From Alphaproteobacteria bacterium (lineage in GTDB: Bacteria; Pseudomonadota; Alphaproteobacteria; UBA828): 64,000 nucleotides of DNA. Made by a program: the position numbers and the translations under genes. The stretch covers positions 1,856,001-1,920,000 of the forward strand of contig CBDCCI010000002.1 in assembly GCA_965214705.1 (NCBI GenBank), read 5' to 3'. The notes under the pieces were generated by a model, which ran no database searches, was not told the DNA's origin, and saw nothing but the letters and a program-made list of their open reading frames with translations. Numbering within the stretch: position 1 is the first letter of the stretch; each line of letters opens with the position of its first letter. This document shows positions 58,541 to 64,000 of this stretch, one piece after another.

Positions 58541-60319
58541 ATGCAATCGCTTGATCTCGCCATCATCGGGAACTGCACCTATGCGGGCCTGCTCGACTCG
58601 CGGGCACGCCTGGTCTGGGCGTGCATGCCCCGTTTCGACGGCAACCCGGTATTCTGCGATCTGCTGCAGCCGATCGAGCCCGTTGGCTTCTATGAGGTGG
58701 AGCTGGACGACCTCGCCACCAGCGAACAGCGTTATCTGCCGAATACGGCGATCGTCGAAACGACGCTGCGCAGCAGGTCCGGCGATGCGCTCAAGGTCCA
58801 GGACTTCGCACCGCGCTTCAAGCGGCACGGCCGCCTTGCGCGCCCCCTGACGCTGGTACGCCGGCTGATCCCGCTCTCCGGCAGCCCGCATGTCCGCATA
58901 AGGCTGCGGCCGGCCGGGAACTACGGTGCCGAGCGGCCAACCGTCACACGCGGCAGCAATCACGTGCGTTACGTCCTGCCCGACCACGTCCTGCGCCTCA
59001 CCACCAACGCGCCGGTTTCTTTCGTGCTCGAGGAGACGGCGTTCCTGCTGAATCGCCCATTGGACCTTATTCTCGGCCCTGATGACTCTCTCGAACGGGA
59101 CATCGCGGAGCTTTCCCGGGAGTTCTTCGAAAGGACGGAGGATTATTGGCGGGAATGGGTCCGTTACCTCGCGCTGCCATTCGAATGGCAGAGCTCCGTG
59201 ATCCGGGCGGCCATCACGCTCAAGCTGTGCGAGGTCGAAGAGACCGGCGCCATGGTGGCCGCCATCACCACGTCCATACCCGAGGCAAACGGAACCTCCC
59301 GCACCTGGGATTACCGCTTCTGCTGGCTGCGCGATTCCTATTTCGTCGTTCGCGCATTCAATCGCCTGGGTATCACCCGCACCATGGAAGAGTATCTCAA
59401 CTACATCCTGAACATCGTCGCCGCGAGCCCTGACGGCACGCTCCAGCCGGTGTTCGGCATCAACATGGAGACAGAGCTTACGGAGCGCGAGATCGAATCG
59501 CTCCGGGGCTATCGCGAGCACCAGCCGGTGCGCGCCGGCAATCTCGCCTATGTCCAGACCCAGAATGACGTCTACGGCACCGTCATCCTCGCCTGCGCAC
59601 AGGCGTTTTTCGACGAGCGAATCGATCTGCGGGGAGACGAGAGCCTTTTCCGCGTGCTGGAGCGGGTCGGCGAAGCGGCGTTCCGGCTCTACGACAAGGT
59701 GGACGCGGGGATATGGGAGCTTCGCGGCACCGAGCGCATCCATACGTTTTCTGTCCTCATGTGCTGGGCGGCCTGCGACCGCCTCGCGCTCATCGCCCGT
59801 CGTCTCGGACTCGAGGATCGCACCGAGCTGTGGGACGCGCGCGCCGAAACGATCAGGGAATGCATCGAGCGCGAGGCCTGGAACGAGGAAAAGCGGTGCT
59901 ATGTGAGCGCGTTCGGAGGCAGCGAAATCGACGCGGCTTTACTGCTCATGCACGAGATTTCGTATTGCAGCGCCTGGTATCCGCGTTTCAGTGACACCGT
60001 GGCAGCGGTCGAGCGGGAACTGCGTCGCGGCGATCACGTGTTTCGATATGTCGAAACAGACGATTTCGGGGCGCCAGAGAATGCGTTCAACGTTTGCACC
60101 TTCTGGTACATCGATGCCATCGCGGCCCTTGGCCGGCGGGATGAGGCGCGGCGGCTGTTTGAAAACATGCTCGCCTCATGCAACGCGATGGGCCTCCTGT
60201 CTGAAGACCTCGATCCGAAGACGGGAGAGTTGTGGGGAAACTTCCCTCAGACCTACAGCATGGTCGGGTTGATCACCTCGGCGATCAAGCTCTCCCGGCC
60301 ATGGGAGGACGCGTTCTAA
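58541..60319 (+). CDS. Glycoside hydrolase family 15 (trehalase-like)
   Basis: WDYRFCWLRD, GIWELRG and GLLSED...WGNFPQTYS motifs; next to otsA. Confidence 0.9.
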   Translation: MQSLDLAIIGNCTYAGLLDSRARLVWACMPRFDGNPVFCDLLQPIEPVGFYEVELDDLATSEQRYLPNTAIVETTLRSRSGDALKVQDFAPRFKRHGRLARPLTLVRRLIPLSGSPHVRIRLRPAGNYGAERPTVTRGSNHVRYVLPDHVLRLTTNAPVSFVLEETAFLLNRPLDLILGPDDSLERDIAELSREFFERTEDYWREWVRYLALPFEWQSSVIRAAITLKLCEVEETGAMVAAITTSIPEANGTSRTWDYRFCWLRDSYFVVRAFNRLGITRTMEEYLNYILNIVAASPDGTLQPVFGINMETELTEREIESLRGYREHQPVRAGNLAYVQTQNDVYGTVILACAQAFFDERIDLRGDESLFRVLERVGEAAFRLYDKVDAGIWELRGTERIHTFSVLMCWAACDRLALIARRLGLEDRTELWDARAETIRECIEREAWNEEKRCYVSAFGGSEIDAALLLMHEISYCSAWYPRFSDTVAAVERELRRGDHVFRYVETDDFGAPENAFNVCTFWYIDAIAALGRRDEARRLFENMLASCNAMGLLSEDLDPKTGELWGNFPQTYSMVGLITSAIKLSRPWEDAF

Positions 60320-61516
60320 TGGTATGAGTCCGACGCCTGTCCTCGCCGAGTTGCCGTCGTCGGGACAGGTCGAATGATTCCAATCGTGGGGTATCGCGAC
60401 ACCCATGACGAATCGCATTGTCGTCGTTTCCAACCGGGTTGCGCCGGTCAACGAGGGCAAGACTGCTGCGGGCGGTCTGGCCGTGGCGGTGCTTGCGGCG
60501 CTCCGGCGCTCCGGGGGTGTCTGGTTCGGTTGGAGCGGCGAGGTGGTCGCCGTTCCCGACGAGGATGTGACCGTAACCGAGAGCGGACGGCTTGCCCGCG
60601 CCACCGTGGATCTCAGCGAACGCGACTACGAGGAGTATTACAACCGCTTCGCAAACTCCACGCTCTGGCCGCTGTTTCATTACCGCGTCGATCTCGTCAA
60701 CTTCGATCGCGGCAACTACACCGGCTATCGGCGCGTCAACAGGGAGTTCGCCCGCAGGCTGGCCGGCCTGCTGCAGCCCGACGACCTGATCTGGGTTCAC
60801 GATTACCACCTGATTCCGCTCGGCCAGGAACTGCGCCGGCTCGGAATACGGAACCGGTTAGGTCTCTTTCTGCACACACCCCTGCCGCCGCGGGAGCTTC
60901 TGGCGACTCTGCCGGTGCACAGGGAACTCATGCGTTGCTTCTCCTTCTTCGATCTTGTCGGCTTCCAGACGGAGACGGACCGCGCTCACCTTCTCGACTA
61001 TCTGGTTCGCGAGGGGGGAGCCCGGGTAGAGGAGCGAGAGGAAGGCGCAGTCGTTCGCGCGTTCCGGAGGGTCTTCAAGGTCGAGACCCATCCGATCGGC
61101 ATCGACACGCGTTATATCGAGCGCAATGCGGCCAGGGCCGAGAGCAGTCGGGAATTCGAGCGCCTCCGGGTGAGCCTCGCCGGGCGCCGGCTGATCATCG
61201 GCGTGGACCGGCTCGACTATTCGAAGGGACTGGTACAGCGCTTCGATGCGTTTGCACATTTTCTGCGGGCCTATCCCCGCCACCTCAACCGCGTCTCCCT
61301 GATGCAAGTCGCGCCCCCCAGCCGCGGCGGCATCGCCGAGTATTCCGAGATCCGACGCACGCTCGAGACGCTGGCCGGACACGTGAACGGTGAGTTGGCG
61401 GACGTCGACTGGGTGCCGATTCGCTACCTGAACAAGAGCTTCGGCCGGCGAACCCTGTTCGGCTTTCTGCGTCTCGCGCAAGTCGGCCTGGTCACGCCCT
61501 TGCGCGATGGCATGAA

Positions 61517-63190
61517 CCTAAATCCCGCAGTTGGGGGCGATGATCGGTCGATTTCCGGGCTCAATTTCAGCCTGCCAGCGCAGGCCGAGGCGGTGGAATC
61601 CAGGGCTGGCGACCCGGCTGGCGGCCCCGGAGGTACTTCTTCAGCGCTTCCGCCAGGATCCGGCGCCAGCGATCCTCAGCGCTCAACTGCTCCGCACTTG
61701 TCAGCAGAGTCTGGAAGAAGCCGGTGATCCGCCGCAACGCCGCGACCACGGCCCCCCGCCGCCCGTGGCTCGACGTCACCGTCAGCCGGGTTTGACCGGC
61801 GTGATGGGTCTGGCGGGCAACCCCATGCAGCAGGAGCGGTCGGCTGGTGATCGCCTCGCGGTGGTGATCGGGGTCCGCCAAGCGCACGAACAGGCTCCAC
61901 CAATTGTAAATGAGCGCGATCAGCCGGGCCATGTGCTGGCAGCGCTTCAGGTCTCGCGTGGTGAAGCCGCCCCAGCCCCACTGGTTCTTCAACTCGTCGA
62001 AGCCGTTCTCCGCGTCCGCCCGATCCCGGTAGAGCTGGGCGATCGAGAGAACCTCCAGATCCAGAGACGTCGCCAGAACCGCAAACTCCCACACCTTGGT
62101 GCCAGGCTGCGCGTCGGCCCAGAAGAGATCGCCCTGACCGTCGTCTGCGCGCGTCAGCGCCACCGTCCCGGGAAGCCGACGGCGCAGCACCACCACGCGA
62201 CGCGTCCGGCTCCAGCCATGCAAGCGAAGCTCGGCCTCGATCCCCGACCAGCCCGGGCCCGCGTCCGTCCACTCGTCCCGCGTCATCAGGCACTCGGCAA
62301 GCCGGCGCGCGCCCTTGGTCAGGCGCAGCTTGAACAGATAGTCGAGACCCGCCCCCTCGCACGACGCCATGTTGCCCTCGTTGCCCCAGTCCTTGTCGCC
62401 CCGTACGAGCCGCGGCCAGTTCTCACGGCCGAGGCGGTCGAGCAAGGCCCACAGCGAAGGCGCCGCGTTCTTCGAGTGGTGACGGTTCCCGGGCGCGACA
62501 TCGACGTCCAGAACAAGGCGCGTGCCCGCCATCAGGAACGCATGGTAGGCATGCGACGGACGGCCCGGCTTCTTCGGGTTGTAGCTCACCACAGCCCCCT
62601 CCTGGTGGCCGTAGAGCGGCTTGATCGTTGTGTCGCAATCCAGAACCCACGGCTCGCTCAGCAAGGGCCGCGCCGTGTCGTCGAGATGGCCGTGCAGCCA
62701 GGAAGCGCCGTCCTCCGCGTCGATCCGTCCCAGGCCGCGCCGAACCGAGTCCTCGCTCGCCACCTTGGTCATGCCCAACAGCGACGGATTGACGCCGTCG
62801 CCGCGCAGCGCCGTGATGTGCGCGTAGCGCCAGTGTCCTGCGAGGGCCGACAGCATCACCGTCCCCAGCACGTCCCGCTTCGAGGGCGCGTTCGGGCTCG
62901 TGTAGTGCAGCGGGCAGTCCGCCACCAGCGCGTCGAAGCGGCCGCTGACTTTCAGGTATTCGGCGAAGAACACCAGATGACCCAGCGGTGTGGCCGCCGC
63001 ATCCGGGTCCCATTCGACGTGGACGGTGCCGCCGAAGGTGTCCACCTTCACGGCCTCTCGGGCGAGCTCCCGCGCAGTGCTGGGACCATCACCCGCAGGG
63101 TGAGCCTCAAGGGCCTGTTTCGATTCGCTCATGCCCCTAGCCTACAAGGCTTTTTCGTGATCGGCCCCGAAACCAACTGCGGGATTTAGG
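61517..63190 (-). mobile_element. IS1380 family element (1674 bp)
   Basis: Perfect 18-bp terminal inverted repeats CCTAAATCCCGCAGTTGG; 5-bp target duplication ATGAA at 61512-61516 and 63191-63195. Confidence 0.92.
61567..63132 (-). CDS. IS1380 family DDE transposase
   Basis: LDCDTT...YGHQEG, RGD and YRDRADAENGFDELK motifs. Confidence 0.88.
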   Translation of the reverse strand: MSESKQALEAHPAGDGPSTARELAREAVKVDTFGGTVHVEWDPDAAATPLGHLVFFAEYLKVSGRFDALVADCPLHYTSPNAPSKRDVLGTVMLSALAGHWRYAHITALRGDGVNPSLLGMTKVASEDSVRRGLGRIDAEDGASWLHGHLDDTARPLLSEPWVLDCDTTIKPLYGHQEGAVVSYNPKKPGRPSHAYHAFLMAGTRLVLDVDVAPGNRHHSKNAAPSLWALLDRLGRENWPRLVRGDKDWGNEGNMASCEGAGLDYLFKLRLTKGARRLAECLMTRDEWTDAGPGWSGIEAELRLHGWSRTRRVVVLRRRLPGTVALTRADDGQGDLFWADAQPGTKVWEFAVLATSLDLEVLSIAQLYRDRADAENGFDELKNQWGWGGFTTRDLKRCQHMARLIALIYNWWSLFVRLADPDHHREAITSRPLLLHGVARQTHHAGQTRLTVTSSHGRRGAVVAALRRITGFFQTLLTSAEQLSAEDRWRRILAEALKKYLRGRQPGRQPWIPPPRPALAG

Positions 63191-63499
63191 ATGAATCTTG
63201 TCGCCATGGAGTATCTGGCATCCCAGCCGCCGAACGATCCGGGGGTTCTCGTGCTTTCGCGCTTCGCCGGTGCGGCCGAACATCTGCCGGACGCGTTGAT
63301 CGTGAATCCCTATGACGTGGAAGGCGTCGCCAAGACCATCCAGGCGGCACTCATGATGCCTGCTGAGGAGCGGAGCGAGCGCTGGCGGAGATCGATGCAG
63401 GTTCTCCGGTCGAACAGCGTGGAGGCCTGGTTCGAGCGGTTCGTCACCCGGCTCTCGGAGGCATAGGCTGCACTTCCCACCCTGGTCTTGGCCATGGGC

Positions 63500-64000
63500 T
63501 CATGACGATGCCCGTGTTGCGCCGGCCACCCGCGTCAACCATCCCCGCAATTCCCCGACCGTATCGACCTGCACCGCCGCCTGCGTGGCAGAGCCCTTGC
63601 CGACGCGGATGCTCACGCCGCCCCTTCCGTTGACAACCCCGAATCCGTCTTCGTCGGAGATATCGTCGCCGCAGAATACCGGCGTCCGCCCGAGGAACGG
63701 CGCTTCGCCCATGAACGCGTCTATGGCCGTACCCTTATTGACCTCACAGGGCCGGAGTTCGAACACGAACTTGCCTTCGATCACCTGCCAGCCCTGCGGA
63801 GCAACCTTGAGGGCGGCGTTCACGACATCCCTGCAGGCATCCCGCAACGACGGGGCAAGGCGATAGTGCAGGCCGAGAGTGTATGTCTTGTCCTCGACGA
63901 GAATACCTGGACGCGCCGCCGCGAACGCCTCCAGCAGCGCCCGGACAGCGTGCAAATCACCTCGCGGCAAGGCAGGACGCACAATCCCGCCATCCGCCGT
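63500..64000 (-). CDS. otsB: Trehalose-6-phosphate phosphatase, 5' end outside window
   Basis: EDK...LHYR, GKFVFELRP, NKG and GDDISDEDGF motifs. Confidence 0.85.
   Translation of the reverse strand, partial: TADGGIVRPALPRGDLHAVRALLEAFAAARPGILVEDKTYTLGLHYRLAPSLRDACRDVVNAALKVAPQGWQVIEGKFVFELRPCEVNKGTAIDAFMGEAPFLGRTPVFCGDDISDEDGFGVVNGRGGVSIRVGKGSATQAAVQVDTVGELRGWLTRVAGATRASS

Larger units (their letters stand above)
60405..63466 (+). pseudogene. otsA: Trehalose-6-phosphate synthase split by IS1380
   Basis: VVSNR, AGGL, WVHDYH, DRLDYSKG, then LRDGM|NLVAMEY continues at 63191. Confidence 0.92.

Overview
High-GC alphaproteobacterial chromosome segment, apparently at the replication terminus: an alphaproteobacterial-type dif site lies at 29738-29765 and KOPS polarity flips across it. 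The backbone holds bcp-glnE/asmA-like, mltB-rlpA-dacA-tmk-holB-metG-tatD-MBL-mazG, a CIRCE-controlled groESL, ntrY-ntrX-trkA-dat-HAD-hfq-hflX, a heteroaromatic/amide catabolic cluster and trehalose genes. Accessory elements: (1) a low-GC two-gene island with a UG/Abi-type (DRT-like) reverse transcriptase translationally coupled to a PD-(D/E)XK nuclease, 33 bp behind a small 11-aa-repeat ORF; (2) an IS110 element splitting a class III aminotransferase, with readable bridge-RNA-like guides matching its own target and donor, and a 136-bp tandem duplication ending at the target guide; (3) a low-GC HEPN-motif gene beside dif; (4) an IS1380 element splitting otsA. Also noted: a GlnE with a degenerate N-terminal catalytic domain and an oxidoreductase with an apparent ATC start. 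All family assignments come from motif recognition by eye, not database searches.
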